Shown here: in pieces, positions 1 through 9,648 of the stretch
Position numbering within the stretch: the stretch's first letter is position 1
Layout of the letters: each line of letters starts with the position of its first letter
Origin: a bacterium
GTDB taxonomy: Bacteria > Patescibacteriota > Minisyncoccia > Phycocordibacterales > Phycocordibacteraceae
DNA: 64,000 nucleotides
Direction: 5' to 3'
Assembly: GCA_037200965.1 (NCBI GenBank)
Contig: JBBCGK010000001.1
Location: 736,001-800,000, forward strand
Notes under the pieces: generated by a model
Told to the model about the DNA's origin: nothing
Seen by the model: the letters and a program-made list of their open reading frames with translations, nothing else
Databases searched by the model: none
Made by a program: the position numbers and the translations under genes

Positions 1-940
1 GCTCCTGTGCCTCGCGATCTTCTGGCCGTACGCGGGCGTGATCACGGTCTCCGCGGCGCTTGCGGTCGCGCTCTCGCCGGTATTCCGCTGGTTCGACAGG
101 CGCGTGACCCGCGGCATCCGCTGGCTCTCCTCGCTCCTTACCGTCCTCGCGTTTGCCCTGATCCTCGGCGTCCCGCTCGTGTTTCTCGGCACGATGATAT
201 TTGCGCAGGCCGAAGGCCTTTTCACCGCCCTCGTCCACGGCGGTTCCCCGGCCTGGCTCGATTCGCTCATCCCGGCGCTCAAGGGCCTTAACATCGGGGA
301 TTATGTCGGCGAGATCGCGTCATTTCTTCTGGGACACGCGGTGAGCATATCGGCATCGACCCTGGGCCTCCTATTCTCGCTCCTCCTTGCGCTCCTTTCG
401 CTTTTCTTCTTCCTCAAGGACGGCAGGGCCTTTATCGAATATCTCTCCGTGCTCTCCCCGCTTACGGAAGTCCAAAGCCGCAAGATATTCGACCAGCTTG
501 CCGCATCGATCGACGGCGTAATGCGGGGCTATATCATCATCGGCCTCGTGCAGGGAATCCTCGCGGGCGTCGGGCTGTGGCTGTTCGGGGTGCCAAACGC
601 GCTGTTGTGGGGATTCGTGGCGGCCTTCGCTTCGATGATACCGACGATCGGCACGGCGACGATATCCGTACCGGCCATTCTCTATCTCTTCGCGGTGGGG
701 GAGACGGTGTCGGCCATCGGCCTTGCGGCCTGGGCGGTCGTGGTCGTCGGGACGGTGGATAATTTCCTCAATCCCCTCATCGTCGGGAACCGGCTCGCCC
801 TTCCGCCGCTTGCCGTGCTCTTCGCGGTACTTGGCGGCATCGCGCTCCTCGGTCCCGTCGGGATACTCGAGGGGCCGATCGTCGTGAGCCTCCTCCATAC
901 CCTCGTCGTGATTTATAAGGAGGACTTCAAGCCCGCATGA
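1..940 (+). CDS. AI-2E family transporter (PerM/UPF0118-like permease), 5' end truncated by window edge
   Basis: The reading frame is open from nt 2 (LLCLAIFWPYAGVITVSAAL...). It encodes a multi-TM hydrophobic protein with the typical AI-2E family C-terminal half. The stop overlaps the next ORF's start as ATGA. Confidence 0.6.
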   Translation, partial: LLCLAIFWPYAGVITVSAALAVALSPVFRWFDRRVTRGIRWLSSLLTVLAFALILGVPLVFLGTMIFAQAEGLFTALVHGGSPAWLDSLIPALKGLNIGDYVGEIASFLLGHAVSISASTLGLLFSLLLALLSLFFFLKDGRAFIEYLSVLSPLTEVQSRKIFDQLAASIDGVMRGYIIIGLVQGILAGVGLWLFGVPNALLWGFVAAFASMIPTIGTATISVPAILYLFAVGETVSAIGLAAWAVVVVGTVDNFLNPLIVGNRLALPPLAVLFAVLGGIALLGPVGILEGPIVVSLLHTLVVIYKEDFKPA

Positions 941-1455
941 AGAAGATACGCCTCAAGATAGCGTCGCTTGACGCCGTATTCGACCCGCTTGATCCGGAAG
1001 CGATACCGAACCGAAGGCTCTCCGCCGACTGGCTCGAATATGTGTTCGAGATGATGGAAGAGCGCGACCGCGAGTTCGGCGGCCTCTCGCTCGTCATCCC
1101 GCCGGACGTGCTCGGTCCGCGCGCTCCGCAGGAGATCGTCGACGACATGAAGCGCCAGCTCATCGCGCACGACGAGTCGCTCCGGGTGAAGCTCAAGAAG
1201 AATTTCCGCACCGGAAGGGTGACGCTCCTCCTTGCGCTCGTCGTGCTCGCGGTATTCGAAAGCCTCTCGGTCCTTTCGGGCGACTTCAATCTGGGACCGT
1301 TCCAGCAGACCTTCTCCGAAGGGTTTCTCATCATCGGCTGGGTCGCGCTCTGGCGGCCCGTCGAAATACTCCTCTACGATTGGTGGCCGATCGTCGACGA
1401 GCGCCGGAAAGTCCGCAAGCTTCTTAACGGGAAGATCGAGGTCGTAAGCCCGTAG
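937..1455 (+). CDS. hypothetical membrane protein (2 C-terminal TM helices)
   Basis: ATGA overlap with the upstream gene and coding-like composition. No recognisable family. Confidence 0.45.
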   Translation: MKKIRLKIASLDAVFDPLDPEAIPNRRLSADWLEYVFEMMEERDREFGGLSLVIPPDVLGPRAPQEIVDDMKRQLIAHDESLRVKLKKNFRTGRVTLLLALVVLAVFESLSVLSGDFNLGPFQQTFSEGFLIIGWVALWRPVEILLYDWWPIVDERRKVRKLLNGKIEVVSP

Positions 1456-1861
1456 GGTCGCACTTTTCGCACCGGCAGCCGTGCGGCTTGATGTGCTCGT
1501 CCCAGTATTCTTTTCCATAGTCGTACGTGAGTTCCTCGCCTTCGCGTATCGCGCGTATCGATTCGATGAACACATGCCCGCGGACCGTATGCGGCTCGCA
1601 GTTCGGGCGGCAGGAGTGGTTTATGTATCCGGCCGTATTGACGCGCGGCTTTCCGTCTATCGTCTTGCGTTTGTTCACCTCGAAGAGATATTTGCTCCGG
1701 CTCGTATAGGTTTCCGCTTCCGAAAGGGTGCGGCCGACGTATTCGATGATGCGCTCTCCTTTTTTGAACGGGCGAAGGGCGAAGAGCCCGAGGCCCGCGC
1801 TTGAGCGCCGGACTGCGAGACCGTCCGAAGGGTGTTTCTTATCCCGCTTCCTGGATTTCAT
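1424..1861 (-). CDS. SET-domain protein (putative protein-lysine methyltransferase)
   Basis: Motifs GLGLFALRPFKKGERIIEYVG, NHSCRPNCEP and EELTYDYG, followed by a post-SET Cys cluster (CRCEKC). Confidence 0.75.
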   Translation of the reverse strand: MKSRKRDKKHPSDGLAVRRSSAGLGLFALRPFKKGERIIEYVGRTLSEAETYTSRSKYLFEVNKRKTIDGKPRVNTAGYINHSCRPNCEPHTVRGHVFIESIRAIREGEELTYDYGKEYWDEHIKPHGCRCEKCDPTGLRPRSSR

Positions 1862-1885
1862 CCCGTTCTTTATACCGCACGCCGC

Positions 1886-2380
1886 TCAGTTGAGCATCCA
1901 GATCGCGTAGTTGAGGTATGCGGCGAAACTTACCCACAGCACATACGGGAGGAGAAGATACGCGGCACCCTTCGAAACTTTGCAGAACGCGGCGACGGTC
2001 GCGAGGATCGCGAGCCAGAGGAGGACGATCTCGATAAGCGCCCCGGCGGGATTATGGAAGCCGAAGAATATGACGGACCACAGCGTATTGAGGACAAGCT
2101 GGACTGCGAAAATAGAAAGCGTGGTGCGTACGCGTCTTCGGGCGAGCCCTTCGTTCCATATGAGAAACGCGGCGACGCCCATGAGCGCGAACAGGATGGT
2201 CCAGACCGGAGCGAAGATCCAAGAAGGCGGCGCGAACGCGGGCAGGACAAGCGTTGCATACCAGGTCGGGATCGCGGGGATGGTGAACAGGGAACCGATA
2301 ACGCCCGCGAGTTCGGAGACGGCAATTGCGATGACGAGCTTAAGCCAAGATGAGATGTTCATGCGGATAGTGTAGCGCAT
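1886..2380 (-). CDS. tspO: TspO/MBR family tryptophan-rich sensory protein
   Basis: Five-TM, Trp-rich protein of 164 aa with the TspO signature (…WYATL…PSWIFAPVWTILFALMGVAAFLIW…). Confidence 0.8.
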   Translation of the reverse strand: MRYTIRMNISSWLKLVIAIAVSELAGVIGSLFTIPAIPTWYATLVLPAFAPPSWIFAPVWTILFALMGVAAFLIWNEGLARRRVRTTLSIFAVQLVLNTLWSVIFFGFHNPAGALIEIVLLWLAILATVAAFCKVSKGAAYLLLPYVLWVSFAAYLNYAIWMLN

Positions 2381-2424
2381 CGTTATCAGCTAGTTTCACT
2401 GCACGCCGCGTGCGGAGAGTCTTC

Positions 2425-2454
2425 TTGCAAAATTCATACGCCTGCGGTTATAGT
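2425..2454 (+). promoter_or_regulatory. candidate sigma70-like promoter (TTGCAA-18-TATAGT)
   Basis: -35 TTGCAA at 2425-2430 and -10 TATAGT at 2449-2454, immediately upstream of the structured RNA. Confidence 0.35.
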
Positions 2455-2460
2455 CTATTG

Positions 2461-2549
2461 GTGCCTGTGGGCGCAAGCCCCGTTCGGCGATGGTACACCC
2501 AAGCTGAAGAGCAGGCACAACAAAGGAGCCGCCTCGCGCGGCTTTTTTG
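2461..2549 (+). ncRNA. candidate small structured RNA (unknown family) ending in an intrinsic terminator
   Basis: GUGCCUG…CAGGCAC closing helix with an internal GGGC-GCAA-GCCC tetraloop hairpin. It is followed by a GC stem (AGCCGC/GCGGCU) plus a U6 tract at 2527-2549. No + strand ORF precedes the terminator. Confidence 0.35.
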
Positions 2550-2555
2550 TTGTGC

Positions 2556-3017
2556 CTATTCGGGATCGGCTTTTGCCAAATAGTCCGGGGCCCTGAACGG
2601 CATCACGCTGTAGAAATTAAGGGCGCCGTTTCCGATTTTCCGTACGACGACTTTAAGCTCGATGTTGACTCCCGGACGAGAAGCAATGAGTGCGACGAAA
2701 CACCAGTCCTCGATTACCTTGGCTATCCTGAAGCCGTCACCTTTGGGTCTTCCGATCGGCCCAAAATATCTCCGATGCTGTTGTACGGTTCCGGCTTTCT
2801 TGAGCACGTACGGAGCAAGCGGAAATGTCCTGTATCTTCTGATCTGGGCTTTTTTCGAACGTTCCGAACCCGCGGTGTTGTATTGGAAGTGATGGAAACC
2901 GTCCGAATTGAAACCGACATCCTGGTTAAAGTACGGACAAAATACTTTCTTGGTGCTTTCATACAGGGCCCTGGTCTGCGCTTTAAGCTGAGCACAGCAT
3001 TCGTTTTCCGTAGCCAT
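2556..3017 (-). CDS. hypothetical protein (lower-GC segment)
   Basis: Its composition is more protein-like than the overlapping + strand ORF. No family recognised. Confidence 0.3.
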   Translation of the reverse strand: MATENECCAQLKAQTRALYESTKKVFCPYFNQDVGFNSDGFHHFQYNTAGSERSKKAQIRRYRTFPLAPYVLKKAGTVQQHRRYFGPIGRPKGDGFRIAKVIEDWCFVALIASRPGVNIELKVVVRKIGNGALNFYSVMPFRAPDYLAKADPE

Positions 3018-3077
3018 AGCGACATGGTACGTATGAAGTATAAGAAGTTTATAAAATTACGTATCGGTAGTTAGCGG

Positions 3078-3701
3078 TCAATGCGCGAGCGCGACGGGAA
3101 GAACGCGCTTCGCGCCCGCATCAAGAAGTGCGTCCGCGGCGGAGCCAAGCGTTGCTCCCGTCGTCACGACATCGTCAAGGAGGATATAGGTATAGGAAGG
3201 ATCGATAGGATTTGTTGCCGCGAAAGCCCCGCGAAGATTCTCCCTGCGTCCGGCTCCCGTAAGGGTGGTCTGCGGCGCAGTATCGCGGGTACGCGCGAGG
3301 ATATCGGCGCGAACCTCAATTCCGGCATGTTTCGCGGCCCGAAGCGCGATTGCTTCGGCCTGATTGTAGCCGCGGGAGCGAAGGCGCTCGCGCGAAAGGG
3401 GGATAGGAACGAGAACGGCCTTGCCAAAGCTCTCCTCGCTTCCCAGGTCAAGAAGATACTCGCCAAGCACTTCGCCAAGAAGCCCGAAGGCCCTCCGTCT
3501 CCCGTGATATTTCGCTTCGTGCACGAGTGCCCGGACGCGCTCGTTACCAAACGGAAGGAGTCCCGTCACAACGGGCTTGGTGCCGGGAACAAGCACTGGC
3601 TTTACAAGCCCTGCCAACAGCTCCTCGGAAACCCCGCGCACCACCCGTTCGTCGACGCGGGGAGGGAAAAGAAGATCAAGGAGCGAAGCGAACACCGGCA
3701 T
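3078..3701 (-). CDS. comFC: ComF family phosphoribosyltransferase-domain competence protein (ComFC-like)
   Basis: C-terminal PRTase motif ILLDDVVTTGATL plus a RGYNQAE motif. The rest of the 588-aa ORF is an R-rich antisense artefact of pilM. Confidence 0.6.
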   Translation of the reverse strand: MPVFASLLDLLFPPRVDERVVRGVSEELLAGLVKPVLVPGTKPVVTGLLPFGNERVRALVHEAKYHGRRRAFGLLGEVLGEYLLDLGSEESFGKAVLVPIPLSRERLRSRGYNQAEAIALRAAKHAGIEVRADILARTRDTAPQTTLTGAGRRENLRGAFAATNPIDPSYTYILLDDVVTTGATLGSAADALLDAGAKRVLPVALAH

Positions 3702-3734
3702 GTTCCACAGGATAGCGCATGCTAAAATGAGCCC

Positions 3735-4823
3735 ATGAGTTTCTGGAGTTCGCTTTTCGGCGGAAAGAAAGGCACGAGCGTGCTTGGCGTCGACATCGGC
3801 TCGTCTTCGCTCAAGGTCGTGCAGCTGCGCTCCGATAACGGCGTCGCCGTGCTTGAGACCTATGGCGAACTCGCGCTTGGCCCGTACGGCGGGTTCGAAG
3901 TCGGTCAGGCGACCAACCTCCCGGCGGATAAGATCGCGGAGACGCTCCGGGATCTCCTTCGCGAAGCGAACGTAACGACGAAAGACTGCGGCGTCTCGAT
4001 CCCGTTCTCCCGCTCGCTTCTCACGCTCGTCACGCTCCCCAAGCGCGAGGATCAGGCCGAGCAAAAGACGGTCATCGAGCTCGAAGCCCGCAAATACATT
4101 CCCGTGCCGGTTTCCGAAGTGCAGCTTGACTGGTTCATCGTTCCCGAAAACGACCCGGCGGGTTCCGCGAACAAGACGCAGGTGGACGTGCTTCTGGTCG
4201 CCGTGCATAACGATGAGCTCAAACTGCTTGAAGCGGTCGTTAAGGGCGCGGAACTTGCCGCGTCGTTTTATGAGATAGAGATATTCAGCACGATACGTTC
4301 CGTCGTCGACGAGCCCGTAAAGCCGATTCTCGTGCTCGACATCGGCGCGTCCGCTACCAAAGCATATGTGGTCGAGCACGGCATCGTCGCGTTCTCGCAC
4401 AACATCACGAACGGCGGACAGGATGTCACCCAGGCCATCGCGAGCGCGCACGATCTTCCGATAGCGAAAGCGGAGGAGCTTAAGAAAGCGCACGGTTTCA
4501 CCCCGAGCACGGATGCCAAATACGGGCGCGAGTCGATCGAGCTCGTCTTCTCCCGTATTTTCTCCGAAGCGCGCCGCGTCCTGGTGCAGTATGAAACCGC
4601 GCACGAGAAATCCGTTTCCGCGATCGTCCTTACCGGCGGCGGGGGAGTCACCAAAGAGCTCGGCGCGTACGCGGGCACCTTCTTCTCGATGCCGGTGCGC
4701 GTGGCCGACCCGTTCGCGAAAACGGAAGCGCCGCAATTCATGCGGCCTATCCTCGAGGCCATAGGGCCGGAGTTCGCGGTCGCGGTCGGCGTGGCGATGA
4801 GGAAACTCGAGGAACTGCGCTGA
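3735..4823 (+). CDS. pilM: type IV pilus assembly protein PilM (actin-like ATPase fold)
   Basis: N-terminal LGVDIGSSSLKVVQL motif. Its length and position at the head of the pilMNO-B operon fit PilM. Confidence 0.8.
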   Translation: MSFWSSLFGGKKGTSVLGVDIGSSSLKVVQLRSDNGVAVLETYGELALGPYGGFEVGQATNLPADKIAETLRDLLREANVTTKDCGVSIPFSRSLLTLVTLPKREDQAEQKTVIELEARKYIPVPVSEVQLDWFIVPENDPAGSANKTQVDVLLVAVHNDELKLLEAVVKGAELAASFYEIEIFSTIRSVVDEPVKPILVLDIGASATKAYVVEHGIVAFSHNITNGGQDVTQAIASAHDLPIAKAEELKKAHGFTPSTDAKYGRESIELVFSRIFSEARRVLVQYETAHEKSVSAIVLTGGGGVTKELGAYAGTFFSMPVRVADPFAKTEAPQFMRPILEAIGPEFAVAVGVAMRKLEELR

Positions 4824-4888
4824 TGCGCCGTCCGTTATACACACGAACGCAAGGGATGGCGAGCGCGTAGGCTATACTCAAGACAGCG

Positions 4889-5560
4889 ATGCCTCCAACG
4901 ATTCCAACCTCATTCGTTCCCAAGCAGCCGGTACGCTCCGGCAGCAGCCGACCGACCGGATTCAACCTCCAGGGGCTTTTTCTCCTCGTCTCGCTCGTGC
5001 TTCTTGGCCTGTCGCTTGCGGCGTCCGCGGGCGTCTTCGCCTACGGGCGCTATCTTGAGGGTCAGGCGAGCGCCAAGTCCGAAGAGCTCGCCCGTGCCCG
5101 GGCAAGCACGAGCGAGAGTACGGTCGAGGAATTCCTTCGGCTCCGGAACCGCCTCTCCGCAAGCGAAGGCCTTCTTGACCGGCACGTGACCCTCTCCTCT
5201 TTCTTTTCGCTCTTCGAGAGCCTTACCATAGAACGGGTCCGCTTCACGGCTCTCAACCTCGCCGTGAAGGACGACCAGACGGCGATGCTCCAGGCGAACG
5301 GCCAGGCGGCGAACTTCAACGCGCTCGCCGCCGAGTCGCATGAATTCTCGGGAAGCCCGCACGTGAAGAACGCCATTTTCGGCAACTTTACCAATGAGAA
5401 GAACGGCGCCGTTAATTTCGCGCTCACGGCGACGATACTTCCGGGAGCGATCGCCGCGTTTTCGGCGGCGTCTTTCGCTGCTCCGGTTCAGGAAACCCCC
5501 GTTGCGGCCACTTCGACGGCAAGCACGACGCCAAGGGCGGCCACAACCACTTCGCTATGA
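4889..5560 (+). CDS. pilN: PilN-like pilus assembly protein (single TM + coiled coil)
   Basis: Single N-terminal TM then a coiled-coil periplasmic region, sitting directly after pilM. Confidence 0.55.
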   Translation: MPPTIPTSFVPKQPVRSGSSRPTGFNLQGLFLLVSLVLLGLSLAASAGVFAYGRYLEGQASAKSEELARARASTSESTVEEFLRLRNRLSASEGLLDRHVTLSSFFSLFESLTIERVRFTALNLAVKDDQTAMLQANGQAANFNALAAESHEFSGSPHVKNAIFGNFTNEKNGAVNFALTATILPGAIAAFSAASFAAPVQETPVAATSTASTTPRAATTTSL

Positions 5561-6096
5561 CCAGAAGCCCGCTCGTACCCATAGCGCTCATCCTCATCGC
5601 GACGGGGATATTTTTCCTGTATGTCCGCCCGACCTATAACGGTTCGGTTGCCGCGATGCAGGCTCAGATCGCCGGGTACGACGACGCGCTTACCGCCGCC
5701 GCGGCATACTCGGCCAAAGCGAACGAGCTTGCCGCCGCGAGAAACTCCATTCCTCCCGAAAACCTCAAGCGGCTCGAGACATTCCTTCCCGACGGCGCGG
5801 ATAATGTCCAGATCATCCTCGATCTCGACGCGCTCGCGGCGCGCTCGGGCCTTTCGCTCGCGGACTTCACGACGAGCGCGCCCCGGGCCGAAGACGCGAA
5901 CGCGCCCACGGGGAACCAGATCGAACCCGTGGACCTTACGGTAACCGCGACCGGAACGTACGGGGCGCTGCGCACCTTCATGGCCGGGGTCGAGAAGAGC
6001 CTCCGGCTTATCGACATCATGAACCTGACCGTAAAGCAGGCCGATTCCGGCGTGTACACGTACCAGCTGGGACTGCGCTTCTATTCCCTCCACTGA
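5557..6096 (+). CDS. pilO: PilO-like pilus assembly protein
   Basis: ATGA overlap with pilN. N-terminal TM, then coiled coil and a C-terminal domain, in the gene order expected for pilO. Confidence 0.55.
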   Translation: MTRSPLVPIALILIATGIFFLYVRPTYNGSVAAMQAQIAGYDDALTAAAAYSAKANELAAARNSIPPENLKRLETFLPDGADNVQIILDLDALAARSGLSLADFTTSAPRAEDANAPTGNQIEPVDLTVTATGTYGALRTFMAGVEKSLRLIDIMNLTVKQADSGVYTYQLGLRFYSLH

Positions 6097-6097
6097 T

Positions 6098-6421
6098 ATG
6101 AACCTCAAACTTCCAAACAACGGAGCCGCGATCATAGGATTCATCGTCGTACTCGTGCTTGGCGGCGGGTATCTGTTCTTTTTCAGTACTCCCGCGGATG
6201 CGCCGCTCTCCGAGACGAACGTCGCTGGAAACGAAGCAGAGCAGCGCTTCGCTTCGCTTGTCACGCAACTCACCTCCATCAGTTTCGATACGCGTATTTT
6301 CTCCGACCCGCGTTTCGGCGCGCTCACCGACATGACGACGCCGGTAACCCCGGAAGCGGCCGGGCGGGCCGACCCGTTCGCCCCGTTCCCGGGAGCTTCC
6401 CGCACGACGACGGGACCGTAG
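6098..6421 (+). CDS. small membrane protein in pilus operon (PilP-like position)
   Basis: It starts 2 nt after the pilO stop. It has an N-terminal TM and a Pro-rich tail. Confidence 0.4.
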   Translation: MNLKLPNNGAAIIGFIVVLVLGGGYLFFFSTPADAPLSETNVAGNEAEQRFASLVTQLTSISFDTRIFSDPRFGALTDMTTPVTPEAAGRADPFAPFPGASRTTTGP

Positions 6422-6425
6422 CCGC

Positions 6426-8189
6426 ATGAATCTCGTACCGCTTCTCGTCGAGAAGGGACTTCTGAAGCCGGGCGACAGCGCGGCGGTACTCGAAGAATCC
6501 AAGGACGGCACTCCCATCGAGCGCGTGCTTGAAAAGCACGGCGTTCAGACCTCGGACGTCCTTAAGGCGCTCGGCGAGCACTACGAGCTCCCGGTGCGCA
6601 CCTTTTCGGAAGCGCCGCTTGACCAGTCGGCGCTCGCCTATATTCCCGAAGAATCGGCCAGGCACTACGGATTCGCGCCGCTTGGCGTTGCCGACGGAGC
6701 GCTCGAAGTCGGCGTCGTCGACCCCGACAATATCGAGGCCCTCGACGCGCTTCATTTCATTTCGACCAAGATCGGGATGCCGTACAAGCTGTTCGTCATC
6801 TCCCAAAACGATTTCGACCAGGTGATGCAGGAATACCGTAACCTCACCGGAGAAGTCGGGCAGGCGCTCTCCGAACTCGACGACGCGCCCGTCGGAAGGA
6901 AGCGCGGCGTGCCCGAAACCCCGCTCTCGGCGCCCGAGGAAGCGGTGCCGACCGAAGAGAACGGAGCGATCAAGGCTGACGCGCCGGTGACGAAGATCGT
7001 CGCGACGATACTCCGGTATGCGGTCGAGGGCGGCGCTTCCGATATCCATATCGAGCCGACACGGGAGAAAACGCGGGTGCGCTTCCGCATGGACGGCGAT
7101 CTCCACACGTCGCTCGAGCTTCCGCTCAAAGTGCACCCGTCGGTCGTCGCGCGCATCAAAATACTTTCGTCCTTGCGGCTTGACGAGAAGAGGAAGCCCC
7201 AGGACGGGCGCTTCTCGGCGAAAGTCGAAAAGCGGCAGATCGACTTCCGCGTGTCGACCTTCCCGACGGAATACGGCGAAAAGGTCGTGATGCGTATTCT
7301 CGACCGCTCGAAATCGACCGCGACCCTCGACACCGTGGGCCTTTCTCCCGACCATCTCGCGTCGATCCGCGAAATGCTCAAGACCCCATACGGCATCATC
7401 CTCCTCTCGGGCCCGACGGGCTCCGGAAAATCGACGACTCTCTTCGCCATGCTCTCGGAAGTCGACCGCGAGACGCAGAACGTCGTGTCGCTTGAAGATC
7501 CGGTCGAGTACGAGATCGCGGGCGTCGCGCAGTCGCAGGTGAAGGAGGATATCGGCTACACCTTCGCTTCGGGGCTCCGCTCGATACTCCGCCAGGACCC
7601 GGACGTGATCATGGTGGGAGAGATCCGCGACAAGGAGACCGCGCAGCTCGCGATCCAGGCCGCGCTCACGGGACACCTGGTGCTCTCGACGATCCACACC
7701 AATACCGCTTCGGGCGTCGTCCCGCGCCTCATCGACATGGGCGTCGATCCGTATCTCATCGCGCCGACGCTTATCGCCGCCGTGGGGCAGCGCCTGGTGA
7801 GGAAGCTCTGCCCCGGGGCAGGAGAGCCGATGCCTATTTCCGAAAGCATCCAGGGCCTTCTCACCCGGGAATTCGCGGACCTTCCGGAGCAGTTCCGGTC
7901 GAAGATACCGGAATTCAGGCAGTTCTATAAGGCGGTGCCGACGCCGGACTGTCCGAACGGAACGCGGGGCCGCACCGCCGTGTTCGAGATCCTCAAGATG
8001 GACAAGGACCTTGAGCACGTCGTCCTCACCGAGCCCGTCGAGGAGAAAGTGTATGCCGCCGCGCGCGCGAAAGGGCTCATCACCATGCGCGAGGATGGTA
8101 TACTCAAAGCGCTTGCCGGAGAGATCCCGTTCGAGGAGGTGAACACGCTCGGGGGAGAACTCTTTTTCGATAGCGAAGCCGAAACCTAA
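6426..8189 (+). CDS. pilB: type IV pilus assembly ATPase PilB (GspE family)
   Basis: N-terminal T2SS-E N domain, Walker A LSGPTGSGKST, and His/Asp boxes. Confidence 0.9.
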   Translation: MNLVPLLVEKGLLKPGDSAAVLEESKDGTPIERVLEKHGVQTSDVLKALGEHYELPVRTFSEAPLDQSALAYIPEESARHYGFAPLGVADGALEVGVVDPDNIEALDALHFISTKIGMPYKLFVISQNDFDQVMQEYRNLTGEVGQALSELDDAPVGRKRGVPETPLSAPEEAVPTEENGAIKADAPVTKIVATILRYAVEGGASDIHIEPTREKTRVRFRMDGDLHTSLELPLKVHPSVVARIKILSSLRLDEKRKPQDGRFSAKVEKRQIDFRVSTFPTEYGEKVVMRILDRSKSTATLDTVGLSPDHLASIREMLKTPYGIILLSGPTGSGKSTTLFAMLSEVDRETQNVVSLEDPVEYEIAGVAQSQVKEDIGYTFASGLRSILRQDPDVIMVGEIRDKETAQLAIQAALTGHLVLSTIHTNTASGVVPRLIDMGVDPYLIAPTLIAAVGQRLVRKLCPGAGEPMPISESIQGLLTREFADLPEQFRSKIPEFRQFYKAVPTPDCPNGTRGRTAVFEILKMDKDLEHVVLTEPVEEKVYAAARAKGLITMREDGILKALAGEIPFEEVNTLGGELFFDSEAET

Positions 8190-8195
8190 CACACT

Positions 8196-8579
8196 ATGGC
8201 GAAAACGTACCGAATCTATCTCACCGACGACGACCGCTTCCTGCTTGATATGTATGCGGTCAAGTTCAAAGGCGCGGGACACGATGTAAGCGCGTTTCAG
8301 GGCGGCGAGCCGCTGCTCGGGCAGCTGCGCTCCGCTCCTCCTCCCGACGCGATCCTCCTCGACATCGTCATGCCCGGCATGGACGGCTTTCAGGTGCTTG
8401 AGGCCATCAAGAAGGAGAATCTCGCGCCGGGGGCGAAAGTGATCATCCTTTCGAACCAGGGGCAGGACAGCGATATCGAGCGCGCGAAGGCGCTCGGGGC
8501 CGCGGGCTATATCGTGAAAGCTTCGGCTATCCCGTCCGAAGTTCTCGCGGAGACGATCGCGATACTCGAGAAACAATAA
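8196..8579 (+). CDS. single-domain response regulator (CheY-like receiver)
   Basis: Receiver-domain motifs: DDD…, LLDIVMPGMDGF, and a conserved K. Confidence 0.8.
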   Translation: MAKTYRIYLTDDDRFLLDMYAVKFKGAGHDVSAFQGGEPLLGQLRSAPPPDAILLDIVMPGMDGFQVLEAIKKENLAPGAKVIILSNQGQDSDIERAKALGAAGYIVKASAIPSEVLAETIAILEKQ

Positions 8580-8586
8580 CGCCGCC

Positions 8587-9645
8587 ATGCCTACCACTCA
8601 CATGAAGGAATTGCTCGACACCGTCATCGACGAAGGCGGTTCCGACCTGCACATCTCGGCGGGGAACCATCCGGTGCTCCGGATCGCGGGCGCGCTCGTT
8701 CCCCTGATGCAGCGGCCGGTCCTTACGGCCGCGGACACCGACGCCCTGCTTGCGGAAATACTTCCTCCCGAGCGCCTCGCGGCTTTCAAGGAGCATCAGA
8801 GCATCGACTTTTCATACGCGCACGGGACCAAGGGACGCTTCCGCGTGAACGGCTACGTCGTCGCGGGGACGACCGCTATCGCACTCCGGCTTATTCCGCA
8901 CACGATCCGCACCTTCACGGAACTTAACCTGCCGCCCATCCTCGAGGTGTTCGCGCAGCGCCAGCAGGGCTTCTTCCTCGTCGTCGGACCCGTGGGGCAG
9001 GGGAAGTCGACCACGCTCGCGGCCATGATCGAGCGCATCAACGAGACGCGCGCCGAGCACATCGTCACGATCGAGGATCCGGTCGAGTACATTTTCGAAC
9101 CGAAGAAATCGCTTATCCACCAAAGAGAGGTGCGCGTCGACACGCCGAATTTTCCGACCGCGCTCACGGCCGCCTTCCGCGAGGACGTGAACGTGCTCAT
9201 GGTGGGGGAGATGCGCGGGCACGAGACCATTTCCGCCGCCGTCACCGCCGCCGAGACCGGGCACCTCGTCTTCTCGACGCTCCATACGAACGACGCGGCC
9301 CAGACGGTCGACCGCATCATCGACATGTTCCCGGCGAACCAGCAGGGGCAGGTGCGCGTGCAGCTTGCGGGATCCCTCGCGGGCATCTTTTCCCAGCGCC
9401 TCGTGCCGCGGATCTCCGGGGGCCTCGTCCCAGCCTTCGAGCTTCTCATAAACAACAGCGCGGTTTCGAACCTGATCCGCGACGGGCGTACCCACGAGAT
9501 CAGCACCGTGATCCAGACTTCTTCCCAGGAGGGAATGATCGACATGGACCGCTCGCTCGCCGAACTCGTCCGCAAGGGCGAAGTCACCGTCGAGCATGCG
9601 TACGAGCGCGCGCTCGATCCGAAGACGTTCGAACGGTATCTCTAA
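8587..9645 (+). CDS. pilT: twitching motility ATPase PilT
   Basis: Walker A GPVGQGKSTT, a length of 352 aa, and PilT family C-terminal motifs. Confidence 0.9.
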   Translation: MPTTHMKELLDTVIDEGGSDLHISAGNHPVLRIAGALVPLMQRPVLTAADTDALLAEILPPERLAAFKEHQSIDFSYAHGTKGRFRVNGYVVAGTTAIALRLIPHTIRTFTELNLPPILEVFAQRQQGFFLVVGPVGQGKSTTLAAMIERINETRAEHIVTIEDPVEYIFEPKKSLIHQREVRVDTPNFPTALTAAFREDVNVLMVGEMRGHETISAAVTAAETGHLVFSTLHTNDAAQTVDRIIDMFPANQQGQVRVQLAGSLAGIFSQRLVPRISGGLVPAFELLINNSAVSNLIRDGRTHEISTVIQTSSQEGMIDMDRSLAELVRKGEVTVEHAYERALDPKTFERYL

Positions 9646-9648
9646 ACC

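Noticed and set aside
2547-3074. 175-aa + strand ORF with TTG start inside the sRNA terminator
   Set aside because: Its start overlaps the terminator U-tract and its composition is less protein-like than the minus ORF. It is retained only as an alternative.
3702-4844. Upstream ~380 codons of the 588-aa minus-strand ORF 3078-4844
   Set aside because: Only the last ~207 codons look like ComF/PRTase. The rest is Arg-rich antisense of pilM, typical of spurious ORFs in high-GC DNA.
6324-8597. 757-aa minus-strand ORF
   Set aside because: It is antisense to pilB, has an extremely R/E-rich composition and matches no domain. It is a high-GC artefact.
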